From IMG/VR virus record IMGVR_UViG_3300025150_000002, positions 128,001-192,000 of that record: a stretch of 64,000 bases of DNA; one strand, written 5' to 3'. Position 1 is the stretch's first letter; the number at the start of each line of letters is the position of its first letter. The notes beneath the pieces are model-generated. The model searched no databases and had not been told where the DNA came from. It was given only the letters and a program-made list of their open reading frames with translations. Source of the stretch: a virus (taxonomy: Duplodnaviria; Caudoviricetes). Below are positions 38,527 to 47,691 of this stretch, piece after piece. Position numbers and translations under genes: made by a program.

Positions 38527-39078
38527 ATGCCTACGATGACGATCATGCGCGGTGGACCGGGTTCCGGAAAGAGCTACTACGTGGCCCAGCGGTGCTTCAC
38601 GACCGGTGTCATCCCGACCGTCTGTTCGGCCGATGAGTTCTTCATCAACGATAACGGCGTCTACGACTTCGACCCGAAGTGGTTGGGCCGCGCCCACGGC
38701 GCTTGTTTGAAGAAGTGCGTCGAGTCGATGATGGCTCGACTCGATGTGATCGTCGACAACACCAACTCCAAGGCGGAGGAGTTGATCCCTTACCTCGCGC
38801 TCTGCCAGGCCTTCAGCTACAGCTGCGTCGTGGTTCGGGTGCTCTGCAACCCTGAGCTCGCGTGGCAGCGTCAAACGCACGCGGTTCCCCGAGACAAGTT
38901 CGACGACATCCACACGACCGTCCGTCAGCAGCAGGTACCCAAGATGTATCGCGGCGCTCATTGGTTGATGATCAGGGACGTTGGTGAGGTTGAGCTTCCT
39001 TGCAACTGTGGGGTCTCGATGGGACTGCGGTCCGACCACGAGGGTGAGTGCCAGGCCGCCTACCGAAGGGACCGGTGA
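38527..39078 (+). CDS. P-loop kinase (AAA_33 / polynucleotide-kinase-like)
   Basis: MRGGPGSGKS, CSADEFF, IVDNTN, RQTHAVP. Confidence 0.8.
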   Translation: MPTMTIMRGGPGSGKSYYVAQRCFTTGVIPTVCSADEFFINDNGVYDFDPKWLGRAHGACLKKCVESMMARLDVIVDNTNSKAEELIPYLALCQAFSYSCVVVRVLCNPELAWQRQTHAVPRDKFDDIHTTVRQQQVPKMYRGAHWLMIRDVGEVELPCNCGVSMGLRSDHEGECQAAYRRDR

Positions 39079-39539
39079 ACAGCCGTAAGGAGAGCACGAA
39101 TCGGGTGCGGATCGACGACTGCATCGCCCGTCGGCTCTACAGGATCCGATCGCGCAGCCTCGGCCCCCTCGCCGTCTACAACGGCAATGAGGGTTTTATT
39201 GGGCTGAGGTGCAAGTTTACGAGCGTTTTCCTGTCTACCGAGTTTCACTGGGACCAGGGACCCCCGTTCGGTACGGTGTTTGGAGTCGAGGATACCGGCA
39301 TTGATCTGCCGGAAAACATCGGGCTGTGCGAGTCGCCTGGTGACATCGATGAGGCCACCGGACGGTGGGTCGAATTCGACCCACCATCGATGGATGGTGG
39401 CCGTGGTTGGTATTTCACGGATACCGGTGAGGCGTCAGCAGATATCCGACCCGTCGTCAAGCACAACGACGCCCTGTTCGGCTGGCTCTGGGATCATGGC
39501 GCTAACGAGAAGCACTGGAACAGGCCAGAGAGAGTCTGA
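39048..39539 (+). CDS. Hypothetical protein
   Basis: Operon context; GFIGLRCKF...FHWDQGPPFGTV. Confidence 0.55.
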   Translation: MPGRLPKGPVNSRKESTNRVRIDDCIARRLYRIRSRSLGPLAVYNGNEGFIGLRCKFTSVFLSTEFHWDQGPPFGTVFGVEDTGIDLPENIGLCESPGDIDEATGRWVEFDPPSMDGGRGWYFTDTGEASADIRPVVKHNDALFGWLWDHGANEKHWNRPERV

Positions 39540-39552
39540 TAGACTCTCTCTG

Positions 39553-40017
39553 ATGGACACATCAGACCCCTTGTCATGCCCTCAGTGTGGGTCCCACCGG
39601 ACTCTAGGTAAGCTACGGACCAAACACGCCGAGGTGAAAAAGCGGATAGCCGACCAAGCGAAGCCGCGCTATAGGTCGCCGCCGACCCCGCCTACCGTTG
39701 TTTACCCCTACGACATGCACACGCACACCCTTTCTAGTCATTCGCACTCGGTCACCGATATCAAGATCGACCCAGCCCAGGTTGTGTTGGGGTATGAGGA
39801 CGGTAAGGACCTGTGTATCTCCACGCCTGGCATAGATGATCAGGTAGGCACTGTGCTGATCAATGGAGCGCTGCTCGACGTGTGCGTCGATTGCGGCTCC
39901 TTCTACGCGCCCAATGCACGGGGGCTTGGTGAGCGGCTGCAGACCGAGATCTACGAGCTAGACCCTCTTGGTGCCCTTGCCGAGATTCCTAGTTCTGATG
40001 TGACCAATTCCGGGTAA
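39553..40017 (+). CDS. Zn-ribbon hypothetical protein
   Basis: CPQC...CVDC. Confidence 0.5.
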   Translation: MDTSDPLSCPQCGSHRTLGKLRTKHAEVKKRIADQAKPRYRSPPTPPTVVYPYDMHTHTLSSHSHSVTDIKIDPAQVVLGYEDGKDLCISTPGIDDQVGTVLINGALLDVCVDCGSFYAPNARGLGERLQTEIYELDPLGALAEIPSSDVTNSG

Positions 40018-40026
40018 GAGAGATGT

Positions 40027-40305
40027 ATGAGGGAGGAGAAGCCGACCTATACATACGGCGAAGAGGTTGTGCTAACGCGCGCCAAGGTCTTCTACCGAGT
40101 AGATGATCGGTCCAGGCGGACTCTCCCAAAGGGAAGCGTGGTCCAGGTCGACAGGCCTGAGGCCCTCTGCGACGATCACGGGCACTTCGGGCGGTTCTGG
40201 TATCACCTAAAGTACGAATTCTGGTGGTCGGCCATCGCCGAAGAGGGTGACATCACCAAGCCCGGTGTGTTGGATCGACTATCCATCATCAGAGGACCTG
40301 AATGA
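40027..40305 (+). CDS. Hypothetical protein
   Basis: GGGTAAGAG 6 nt before ATG; ends GVLDRLSII. Confidence 0.6.
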   Translation: MREEKPTYTYGEEVVLTRAKVFYRVDDRSRRTLPKGSVVQVDRPEALCDDHGHFGRFWYHLKYEFWWSAIAEEGDITKPGVLDRLSIIRGPE

Positions 40306-40653
40306 GCGATGTCCAACTCTTCCGATCATCCGTGGAGATCCTCGTCTGGAACGGGTCTGGTCAGCTCCTGACGGTGACCAACCGCCGATGGGGAGGCTTC
40401 AGTTGTCCCGGCGGCAAGGTCGAGCCAGGCGAGAAGTTGATTGACGCGGCCCGACGTGAACTCTTAGAAGAGACCGGCTGCCGAGCCCTGGTTCTGCATG
40501 GCCTTCAAGGCCACGGTATCGACTCCGCCCAGTCAACAAGAGGAGGGCACCGTGGTTGGCTGGCATACTCCTAGTGAGTTGGTCGAGCGATCGATCTACC
40601 CAGACTGGTACAAGTTTCTGTTTGGCTTGATGCCAGAGGTGTCGCTCAAGTGA
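40302..40653 (+). pseudogene. NUDIX hydrolase, frameshifted
   Basis: GGKVEPGEKLIDAARRELLEETG; continuation PWFCMAFKA...YPDWY in the +1 frame ends at TGA overlapping the next GTG. Confidence 0.7.
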
Positions 40654-40961
40654 AGGTCACCGTCGCTGAAGATTTCAATATCTTCGAGCTCTTCGTCCAC
40701 GACAATGAGGCGATCCAAGCTGTCTGCCCCTACGCCCTGGCAGAGGCCATCAACGAGCATCTCGTAGACTGGCAGGTGATGGCACCTGAGAGCTTGGACC
40801 GCTTTACCTTGTTCTCAACCGACGATGAGGACGAGCGCTACATAGAGCGCTACTATAGCGTGCAGCAGGTGAAGGACGCGCTTCCAGCGGAAGCTGTGGA
40901 GCAGCTTGAGGCGATCAACGACATGGAGCTCAACCTCAGCGCCGGGTCGAGCCCAACGTAG
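40650..40961 (+). CDS. Hypothetical protein
   Basis: GTGA overlap; acidic. Confidence 0.5.
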   Translation: MKVTVAEDFNIFELFVHDNEAIQAVCPYALAEAINEHLVDWQVMAPESLDRFTLFSTDDEDERYIERYYSVQQVKDALPAEAVEQLEAINDMELNLSAGSSPT

Positions 40962-40963
40962 CC

Positions 40964-41483
40964 TCAGACGATGTCTACCCCGTGCAGGAGAGCCGACTTG
41001 AGATCGTGGTAGACCGGAATGGGGTCTACGGCGTCCGGTAGACCCAGATGTCGGGCGAATGTATTGACGCCACTGGCGATCGACTCCAGGTAGCGGTTCT
41101 TCGGAGCGTTCTCGGGGAATCCGAGGACCATGCGCTCAGGATAGATGGCTGCCATGAAGCCGAACTCGACGTTGGTCGTGAAGGCTGGCATAGTCTCAAG
41201 GTTTCGAGGGACCCAGAAAAGCACGCGCTCGGCGCGTCCTAGCGCGGCCCACTCCCACTCGACCTGACGCTTGTAGTCTCCACATCAGCCCCAGTCCTCT
41301 GTCTGAGGCACGAAGGCGTGGCCGTCGTAGCCGGCGCTACGGAGGATCTCCAGGGCCTCCTCTCTCCAGCCGTTCACATCACCTGATCTGGGTGTCGGTC
41401 CAGCCAAGAAAATGCTGTTTGGCGTGACGTGCCGGGGGGTGGGAGACGGGCGGCAAGGTTTGGGGCGCGAAGACGATCCTCAC
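40964..41483 (-). pseudogene. Nucleoside 2-deoxyribosyltransferase-like gene with frameshift and nonsense codon
   Basis: SIFLAGPTPR...WREEAL...QVEWE...LFWVPR...TTNVEFG; frameshift near C-run 41434-41439, TGA at 41285-41287. Confidence 0.75.
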
Positions 41484-41692
41484 GGGTTGCTCCTGTAATG
41501 AACTCGCTCGTTGTGTTCGAGCCCTTCCCAGGCTTGAGCGCGACTGATGAGATAGAGCACGAGCTCGACTGGCACTTCGACAGAGGTTCTACCCTCCGAC
41601 GCTTCGTTCTGGATCTTGACCTTGTAGGCCTCCAACATGTTGACCGTGATACTGAAGCACGCCTTCTCCGCCGAACTATCGGCGTCCAACAC
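41480..41692 (-). CDS. Hypothetical protein
   Basis: Operon context. Confidence 0.4.
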   Translation of the reverse strand: MLDADSSAEKACFSITVNMLEAYKVKIQNEASEGRTSVEVPVELVLYLISRAQAWEGLEHNERVHYRSNP

Positions 41693-41930
41693 TGGACCGC
41701 TCCTCTTCCATACACTGGGCCTCGTAGGCGCACGTATCTAGAATCGCCAAGAACGTGTCTGATGCTGTGATTCTGTCCCTCAGCTCTTCGGGCGTCGTCG
41801 CGCCTGAACTGGCGTAGAAGAACTTTGGCAGGTGCTTCACCAGCCCGTCCAGCATTCGGCTTCTTATCTGGGCGAACCGCAGCTGGTCTGCATCACTTTT
41901 AGGGTCGGGCATATCACTTCTCATCCTCAA
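41676..41930 (-). CDS. Hypothetical protein
   Basis: Operon context. Confidence 0.5.
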   Translation of the reverse strand: MRMRSDMPDPKSDADQLRFAQIRSRMLDGLVKHLPKFFYASSGATTPEELRDRITASDTFLAILDTCAYEAQCMEEERSSVGRR

Positions 41931-42171
41931 CTATGGGCTGGACATCCCTAATGTCTCGCAGGGCGTAAGTTCTGATGGCATCCTTGTCCAGGTCCTTACC
42001 ACGAACTAGCCACTGCGGCTCTGTGTGCCACTCGTTCGAACCCCAATAAACCCCGAGCATTACGGCTCGACGGCGACCAAACTCGCCCTTGTAGTTCACG
42101 TAGGAGAACGAGACCTTTCTCACCCCAGTGATGGAGATGAGGGCGTTCTCCGGAAGATCTAGACGCGGCAT
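41914..42171 (-). CDS. Stand-alone WYL-domain protein
   Basis: VSFSYVNYKGE...RR...QWLVRGKDLDKDAIRTYALRDI. Confidence 0.75.
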   Translation of the reverse strand: MPRLDLPENALISITGVRKVSFSYVNYKGEFGRRRAVMLGVYWGSNEWHTEPQWLVRGKDLDKDAIRTYALRDIRDVQPIVEDEK

Positions 42172-42201
42172 GGATAGCTCCGATTGAGGTAGAAGAGTGG
42201 T

Positions 42202-42510
42202 ATGACGACCGAGACGATTACCGAGATCGAGACTAACACCCGTCTCATTCCACCTTGGAATGTGGTTCTACTCAACGACGACGACCATTCCTACGACTAT
42301 GTCATCGTCATGCTTTACGCCGTATTCGGCTTTCAGCCGGAGAAGGGTGTGATGCACGCTAAGGAGGTGGACTCGGTCGGTAGAACCATCCTGATCACCA
42401 CCAGTCGAGAGCATGCTGAGCTCAAACAGGAACAATGCCATAATTTCGGACCAGACCCCCTTGTTCCACGCTGCAAGGGTCCGATGACTGTGATCATTGA
42501 GCCGGCGTGA
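42202..42510 (+). CDS. clpS: ATP-dependent Clp protease adaptor ClpS
   Basis: PPWNVVLLNDDDHSYDYVIVML...EVDSVGR...HAELKQ...IEPA. Confidence 0.88.
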   Translation: MTTETITEIETNTRLIPPWNVVLLNDDDHSYDYVIVMLYAVFGFQPEKGVMHAKEVDSVGRTILITTSREHAELKQEQCHNFGPDPLVPRCKGPMTVIIEPA

Positions 42511-42517
42511 GGGTCCC

Positions 42518-43156
42518 ATGAGGTCTACCCCTGTAGCTACTGGCGACCGGTTTGGTCGGCTGGTTATTGAGTGTGAGCTCCCAAGAAACAAGCACGGTCG
42601 GCGAATGTTCAAGTGCCGTTGCGACTGCGGAGGGTATCGAACAACCCGCCAGGACAGCCTGGTGACAGGAAGGACCACGTCATGTGGTTGTAAGCATCGC
42701 GAGCGAGCAAAGACTCTTGCCAAGACTTACTTAACGGCGCACGGTCACCACGGGTCGCCAGAATACGTCTCCTGGCGGGCGATGAAAACCCGCTGCTTAA
42801 ATCCGAACCACGAGTGGTTTGATCGTTATAGCAAGCTAGGGATCTGCGAAGAGTGGATCGAAGACTTCGAGAAGTTTCTCTCCGATGTTGGTCATCGTCC
42901 ATCATCGGAGCACACGCTTGAGCGCATCGACAACAACAAGGGTTACTTCCCCGGAAATGTGAAGTGGGCTACTCGCAAGGAGCAGGCCAGGAACACACGT
43001 TCGAGTCGAATTGTGACGGTCGAAGGCGTGTCCCGAACTGTCACCGAGTGGTCCGAGATTACGGGAGTCCCTGCGACGGCGATCTTCAAGAGACTTGATG
43101 CTGGACGCGATCCAAAGGAGGCTGTCTGGAAACCTAGCCGGAGGAAGCGCAAGTGA
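42518..43156 (+). mobile_element. HNH-type homing endonuclease
   Basis: RFGRL, CRCDCG, TTSCGC, WRAMKTRC, TLERIDNNKGYFPGNVKWAT. Confidence 0.85.
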
Positions 43157-43290
43157 GCGAGAATTCCTCCGAATATCGTGAGACTCTGGCCGCCGAGGTT
43201 ATGAGAACGCGCCGGGTCCACGCGTTCGGGCCTGATCCTCTTGTACCTCGGTGTCGTGGATCGATGACCTGCATAATCGAGCCGGTATGA
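43153..43290 (+). pseudogene. Displaced duplicate of the clpS 3' end
   Basis: HAFGPDPLVPRCRGSMTCIIEPV* vs HNFGPDPLVPRCKGPMTVIIEPA*. Confidence 0.8.
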
Positions 43291-43472
43291 CCCTAGAGCA
43301 GCGCGTAATAATTGAGGAGCTTCAGGGGAAGCTCGATGCGTTGCGCCGACTGTGCCGTGATACTGTCGCCAGCTCAAGCCTGGTTGACACCCCTACTGGG
43401 CCACGAGTGCTCATCAACTACGAGCACTTCAAAGCCCTATCAGAGAGCGGTGAGGATGAGCGACCCGGTTAA
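43287..43472 (+). CDS. Hypothetical protein
   Basis: ATGA overlap with the clpS remnant. Confidence 0.5.
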   Translation: MTLEQRVIIEELQGKLDALRRLCRDTVASSSLVDTPTGPRVLINYEHFKALSESGEDERPG

Positions 43473-43749
43473 CCTGGCCAGGCTGTCCAAGCCACAGCGT
43501 GCTGCGATGCAGGGTCTCAGCCCCTACAGGATCGTGGAGACCATGGTAAGGGGCGAGAGACGCCTCGCGCTACTGCTTCCGCCTGACATGTGGAAGACGC
43601 GCAACGCCCTTCATGCGCGCGGGCTGGTTACCGGAAGATCTCACCAACACGATGGCTCTGACCTAGAGCGCGTGCTGCTCACACCACTTGGTGAGCAGGT
43701 TTATCAACGACTGACATCAGGTGTAAAGGGAGTGACCGATGGGGTTTAG
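43456..43749 (+). CDS. Hypothetical protein
   Basis: GAGG RBS before ATG 43456. Confidence 0.5.
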   Translation: MSDPVNLARLSKPQRAAMQGLSPYRIVETMVRGERRLALLLPPDMWKTRNALHARGLVTGRSHQHDGSDLERVLLTPLGEQVYQRLTSGVKGVTDGV

Positions 43750-44122
43750 TCACAGCGTCTACGTTGGTCCCTACCTTTACTGCAGCGTCCGGACCAAGCC
43801 GGTGACTAAGCGGGTCAAGGGTCGAGTTCAGTCCGAGATCAGCTCGTTTACGCTCAATGAGCTAACCAACGAGCGGCTTTCTGAGTACAACGGCAGCGAC
43901 GCTGATGACGGTGTGCACCTATTCATCCCCAACCAGGACTGGCCTCGTAGTTTCGATGTCGACCAGCAGGTAGGAGAGGTCTTGCGAGTCTCACCGTCTA
44001 CGCGAGATGATGAGCTGCGTTGGTTCGAGACCAACTTCCAGGACGCTATTGCCAAGGCCGTGGAGCTTTACGGACCTGACATGGTGGTAGTGCGGTGGGG
44101 GGTGCTAGGCCAGTACTCGTGA
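43739..44122 (+). CDS. Hypothetical protein
   Basis: Operon context. Confidence 0.6.
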   Translation: MGFSHSVYVGPYLYCSVRTKPVTKRVKGRVQSEISSFTLNELTNERLSEYNGSDADDGVHLFIPNQDWPRSFDVDQQVGEVLRVSPSTRDDELRWFETNFQDAIAKAVELYGPDMVVVRWGVLGQYS

Positions 44123-44442
44123 AAAGGACCCGCGTCGTCAACTGTAGAACGGAAGAATTCGACGTATACATCGGAAGGGCCGGCCACGGCTATGACGGCG
44201 AGTTCGGTAATCCTTTCAGGCGTCATCGTGATGATCCGCCCGGCTCGACTCTAGACAAGTTCGAGGCCTACTTTCTCAAGCGCATCGACGAGGACCCTGA
44301 GTTCAAAGAGCGAGTAATCGCTATGAAGGGTAAGCGGTTAGGTTGCTTTTGTCCCCCTAGAAAGACTTGTCACGGTTATACCTATGTTAGGTGGCTGGAC
44401 GGTGAGCCTGAGCCAAAGGCGGAACAGCTGGAGTTCTTCTAA
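44119..44442 (+). CDS. DUF4326-like protein
   Basis: VVNCRTEEFDVYIGR...FGNPF...KGKRLGCFCPP...CHG. Confidence 0.8.
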   Translation: MKRTRVVNCRTEEFDVYIGRAGHGYDGEFGNPFRRHRDDPPGSTLDKFEAYFLKRIDEDPEFKERVIAMKGKRLGCFCPPRKTCHGYTYVRWLDGEPEPKAEQLEFF

Positions 44443-44741
44443 TGAGCGGACCTACTGATCTCTCGACTGCCGAGCTGAAGCGCATCTTGGAGTGGGGCAT
44501 CGAGGACTACGCTTGCACTAAGGCGCGAGTCGAGGCCCTGATCAAAGAGGTTCTTCGCGAGCGCGAGCGCGCTGACGGCGCTGAGCAGAAGTTCTACAAA
44601 ATGATGTCCGATCTGGAGATCCGGCGTGCACAACAGGGTGGCACGCAGAACAACCCCCGGTATTCGGACGGTATTCGTTACGCCTCCGACACACCGCGAC
44701 CGCTTGGTCCTGACGGGTTTCCTCAACGAGGGATCATCTAG
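44442..44741 (+). CDS. Hypothetical protein
   Basis: TAATG overlap. Confidence 0.55.
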   Translation: MSGPTDLSTAELKRILEWGIEDYACTKARVEALIKEVLRERERADGAEQKFYKMMSDLEIRRAQQGGTQNNPRYSDGIRYASDTPRPLGPDGFPQRGII

Positions 44742-44757
44742 CCGGTAGAACAGGGGT

Positions 44758-45096
44758 ATGCGAGACATCCCCTACGACAAGATCGCGCTGATCGAGCTCA
44801 AGCCCTGCCCGTTCTGCGGCCACACACAACGAGGCGTAGAGCCGGATACTCAGGTCCGGCTTGTGTTTTCCGTCATGGCCGCCTACGTTCAATGCGGGTG
44901 TTGCAGGGCTACAGGATTTCACGTGGGCGTGCCAGGCCACATCGACGAGCTCAACGAGTTCATGGATATGGTCTCTGAGGTAGACGTCTTCGGCCTTCCG
45001 CCGAACCCTCGAAATTTCAAGGACGGTGATCTCGATCTCTGGATGGCACAACTCGCCGCCAAGTTCTGGAACAACCGGAAGCCTCCTCGTGCTTGA
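44758..45096 (+). CDS. Lar (restriction alleviation)-like Zn-ribbon protein
   Basis: ELKPCPFCG...VQCGCC...WNNR. Confidence 0.65.
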   Translation: MRDIPYDKIALIELKPCPFCGHTQRGVEPDTQVRLVFSVMAAYVQCGCCRATGFHVGVPGHIDELNEFMDMVSEVDVFGLPPNPRNFKDGDLDLWMAQLAAKFWNNRKPPRA

Positions 45097-45622
45097 GACC
45101 CTTAAGCGGTCCTGGACCTGGTTGGTCAGGCTGTTCCGGCCACGACAGCTGACGGAGTCAGAGGTCGTTACGGCCTACATCGCTGCTGGCGCCTGTTACG
45201 GTGATGCCTGCACCTATCCCGGCGGTATGGCCCCTTCTATTGGCAAGTTTTCTGCCAGGGAGGCATGGGGGGTGATGGAGAAGGAGTATGCTGCACTCGG
45301 CTACCGAACCATCCCCATCAAGGATCTGATTGACCTAGGAGGCTACGGTCAGCCGGTGACCAAGCTGGTCCGGATCAGTCGAGACATAGGCGAAGAGGCT
45401 TTGCTCTGGGAGCCGAGCATCGAAGGGCCGGTCCCGATGGGGCCCGACGTCCTCGACCAACTCGCGAGCATCGGCGACCCAAGGACGTGCCCGGAGTGCC
45501 GAACCGAACTCTTGGAGGCCGATCGAGTCCACTGCACGTGGTGCCTGAGCTCTATCCTCAGAGGATCTTTCGATAACCACTTGGCCGCCAACATTGCTGA
45601 GACCTACCTACAGACCGAATGA
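45089..45622 (+). CDS. Hypothetical protein with C-terminal Zn ribbon
   Basis: DVLDQLASI then CPEC...CTWC. Confidence 0.55.
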   Translation: MLETLKRSWTWLVRLFRPRQLTESEVVTAYIAAGACYGDACTYPGGMAPSIGKFSAREAWGVMEKEYAALGYRTIPIKDLIDLGGYGQPVTKLVRISRDIGEEALLWEPSIEGPVPMGPDVLDQLASIGDPRTCPECRTELLEADRVHCTWCLSSILRGSFDNHLAANIAETYLQTE

Positions 45623-46149
45623 CAAGGGAAAGCGACGGACGAGAAAGGTACTGGCGGCAGGTCAGACAAATCGCCGATGAGCACGATGTCTCCATTCCGG
45701 AGGCGCGGGCCATGTGGTCTCGCCTCTTCAAGCCAGGTGGGATCAAGAAGATGGTGCTGGCCCTCTCAGTTAGCTCATCACCAGCGATGTCGACAGTCTG
45801 CCCGTTCTGCCGAACTGAGCTACCAGTCTTACATCAACACGAGGGTGCGTGTGGCCGCTGTGGATCGAGTGACCACCCCGAGCCGGGCGATGTTGACTGT
45901 TCACCCGAGCCGGTGTGGAGCTGCTCGAACTGTAGGACCACCATGCACCAGGAGTGCTACGACGAGCTCGGTCGCTGCTCAACACTAGGATGTCGATCGT
46001 CTAGGATTGTGGCCCGTCTGCGGCCCGCGCCTGGTTATGAGCGAGACTACGCGGGCCTGCCCAGCCGTGGTGTCCTACTGTCCTTGGCGATGGTTGGTGT
46101 CGCGGGGCTTCTTCTCATCGTCCTCGCTGTTATTAGGCTGTTCTGGTAG
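45619..46149 (+). CDS. RING/PHD-like Zn-finger protein with C-terminal TM helix
   Basis: CPFC...CSNC...HQEC...CSTLGC. Confidence 0.6.
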   Translation: MTRESDGRERYWRQVRQIADEHDVSIPEARAMWSRLFKPGGIKKMVLALSVSSSPAMSTVCPFCRTELPVLHQHEGACGRCGSSDHPEPGDVDCSPEPVWSCSNCRTTMHQECYDELGRCSTLGCRSSRIVARLRPAPGYERDYAGLPSRGVLLSLAMVGVAGLLLIVLAVIRLFW

Positions 46150-47116
46150 TTGCCAGGTCGACCGCTTCGGGCGTCTTGATGACCCGGAAGAACTCAGGTC
46201 GCACGACCGTGATCTTGTGACGCGTTCGGATCGCGCGCCGCAGCGACATGCCGTTGGGGTCAACGAAGTTCGGCGTCACAGTCACCATCGTATAGGGGCT
46301 GTAGACGATGCCTGTATCAAGCATGCCGCCCTGGTACCAGGTCATCAGGTGGCTCTTCGGAAAGAGCGGGTCCAGGTAGACGGTCTTACTTGTAGGCCCC
46401 TCGCCTAGAGTCCCCACCTTCTGGACTTGACCGTTGCTGATCGGAACGCTGATGCCAAGTTTGACCAGCGTTTCCTCATTTCCGATGACCCTGTTGGCAG
46501 GCATTCGCTGGGTACGCTGGTGGACACGGTTCGACGTACGAGATAGCTCTTCTAGCAGATCACAGTCTTCTGATACCAGATCTGTGTTGCTCGGGAGCAG
46601 GGCTATGTTGAGCATCGTGCCCAGGATTTCGCGCGTGATCTCAGTCAGGAACTCCTCGACCGCTAGGTCGAGCACACTGATGTCGCCTATGAGAGATTTG
46701 ACTCTTCTGGTTTCGGCACAGATGTCCTGGTCGGCGATTTTCAACCTGATCTCAGGAACCGTGACCTGGGTCGGCTTACCGGTCGTCTGGTTGGTGACGG
46801 TTATCTCAACCGTCCCACCAGTCTTCGGCTGATACCACAAAATGATACCGATCGGCCCGAGCATTGGCTGCGTGCTGCAGAGGTCAGGCAGGGGGTGCGC
46901 CTGCAGCTGAGCTTTGAGGGCGTCCCCGATTTTCTCGTGCCAGGTGTCGGGAAAGACTAGACCTCTCGTCTCCTCAGCCAACTGCTTGAAGTGCTTGTCC
47001 TGGTTCTCCAGGACGGCGGCGATGAGATTCGAGCGATCGTTGTCGTTTTCAAGACCCCACTTTGCGCGCAAGCGCTCCAGGGTCGCTAGAGTTGCGGTGG
47101 GCGGGTTGGTTGCCAT
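46133..47116 (-). CDS. Shortened T4 gp23-like major-capsid-fold paralog
   Basis: KW...AAVLENQ, DLCSTQPMLGPIG, GIVYSPY, RRAIRTRH...VVRPEFF. Confidence 0.7.
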   Translation of the reverse strand: MATNPPTATLATLERLRAKWGLENDNDRSNLIAAVLENQDKHFKQLAEETRGLVFPDTWHEKIGDALKAQLQAHPLPDLCSTQPMLGPIGIILWYQPKTGGTVEITVTNQTTGKPTQVTVPEIRLKIADQDICAETRRVKSLIGDISVLDLAVEEFLTEITREILGTMLNIALLPSNTDLVSEDCDLLEELSRTSNRVHQRTQRMPANRVIGNEETLVKLGISVPISNGQVQKVGTLGEGPTSKTVYLDPLFPKSHLMTWYQGGMLDTGIVYSPYTMVTVTPNFVDPNGMSLRRAIRTRHKITVVRPEFFRVIKTPEAVDLATTRTA

Positions 47117-47161
47117 GTTACCTCCAGTGATGGATGGTACCACAGCCTCATCAGATTGGCA

Positions 47162-47425
47162 TCAGTTACCGTGGGTCGCCACAACGATTTGATCCAACAC
47201 GTCTAGCGCTACCAGCTCGTGTAGGTAGGCGCGGATGGACTGACGCGCCTGCCACGGCCAGGGTGTGCGGTCCCCCGGCCAGGGAACAAGATAGTAGGGC
47301 GGCAACAAGGAGCCGTCGATGTAGTCGACCACCCAGATCCCACTGTCAAACCGCGACCGAGCTCGCAGTGTTAGCCGAACCTTGTCGCCTATAAGCGGGT
47401 AGGTCTTACCCTTTCCCCAGCTCAC
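47162..47425 (-). CDS. Small SH3-like hypothetical protein
   Basis: LIGDKVRL; ends DVLDQIVVAT. Confidence 0.55.
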   Translation of the reverse strand: MSWGKGKTYPLIGDKVRLTLRARSRFDSGIWVVDYIDGSLLPPYYLVPWPGDRTPWPWQARQSIRAYLHELVALDVLDQIVVATHGN

Positions 47426-47691
47426 AGCTCGCCTACGATCCTATCCAGGATGTTGATGGTATCGATCTTCTCGACCCACCTGGGTGAATACCAAATGCGC
47501 GGTCCGCGTGATGTCGTAAGCGGTCCACCAGTTAGGTCCCAATGAATCTGGACCTCTCCGTCGTCACGGTCGTTCTCAGGGAGACACTCGATGACGGTGC
47601 CCTGCCACATCCAGTCGTATCCACCGTCCCTCACGAAGACGACTCGGTCACCGAGGCCAAGGAAGTGCCCTCCAGGAGTTGCCCAGGCCAT
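47422..47691 (-). CDS. Small SH3-like hypothetical protein
   Basis: LGDRVVF...GTVIE; ends NILDRIVGEL. Confidence 0.6.
   Translation of the reverse strand: MAWATPGGHFLGLGDRVVFVRDGGYDWMWQGTVIECLPENDRDDGEVQIHWDLTGGPLTTSRGPRIWYSPRWVEKIDTINILDRIVGEL

Noticed and set aside
41285-41287. TGA recoding (alternative genetic code or selenocysteine)
   Set aside because: TGA ends many genes with ATGA/GTGA coupling, and this gene also has a frameshift, so decay is the simpler explanation.
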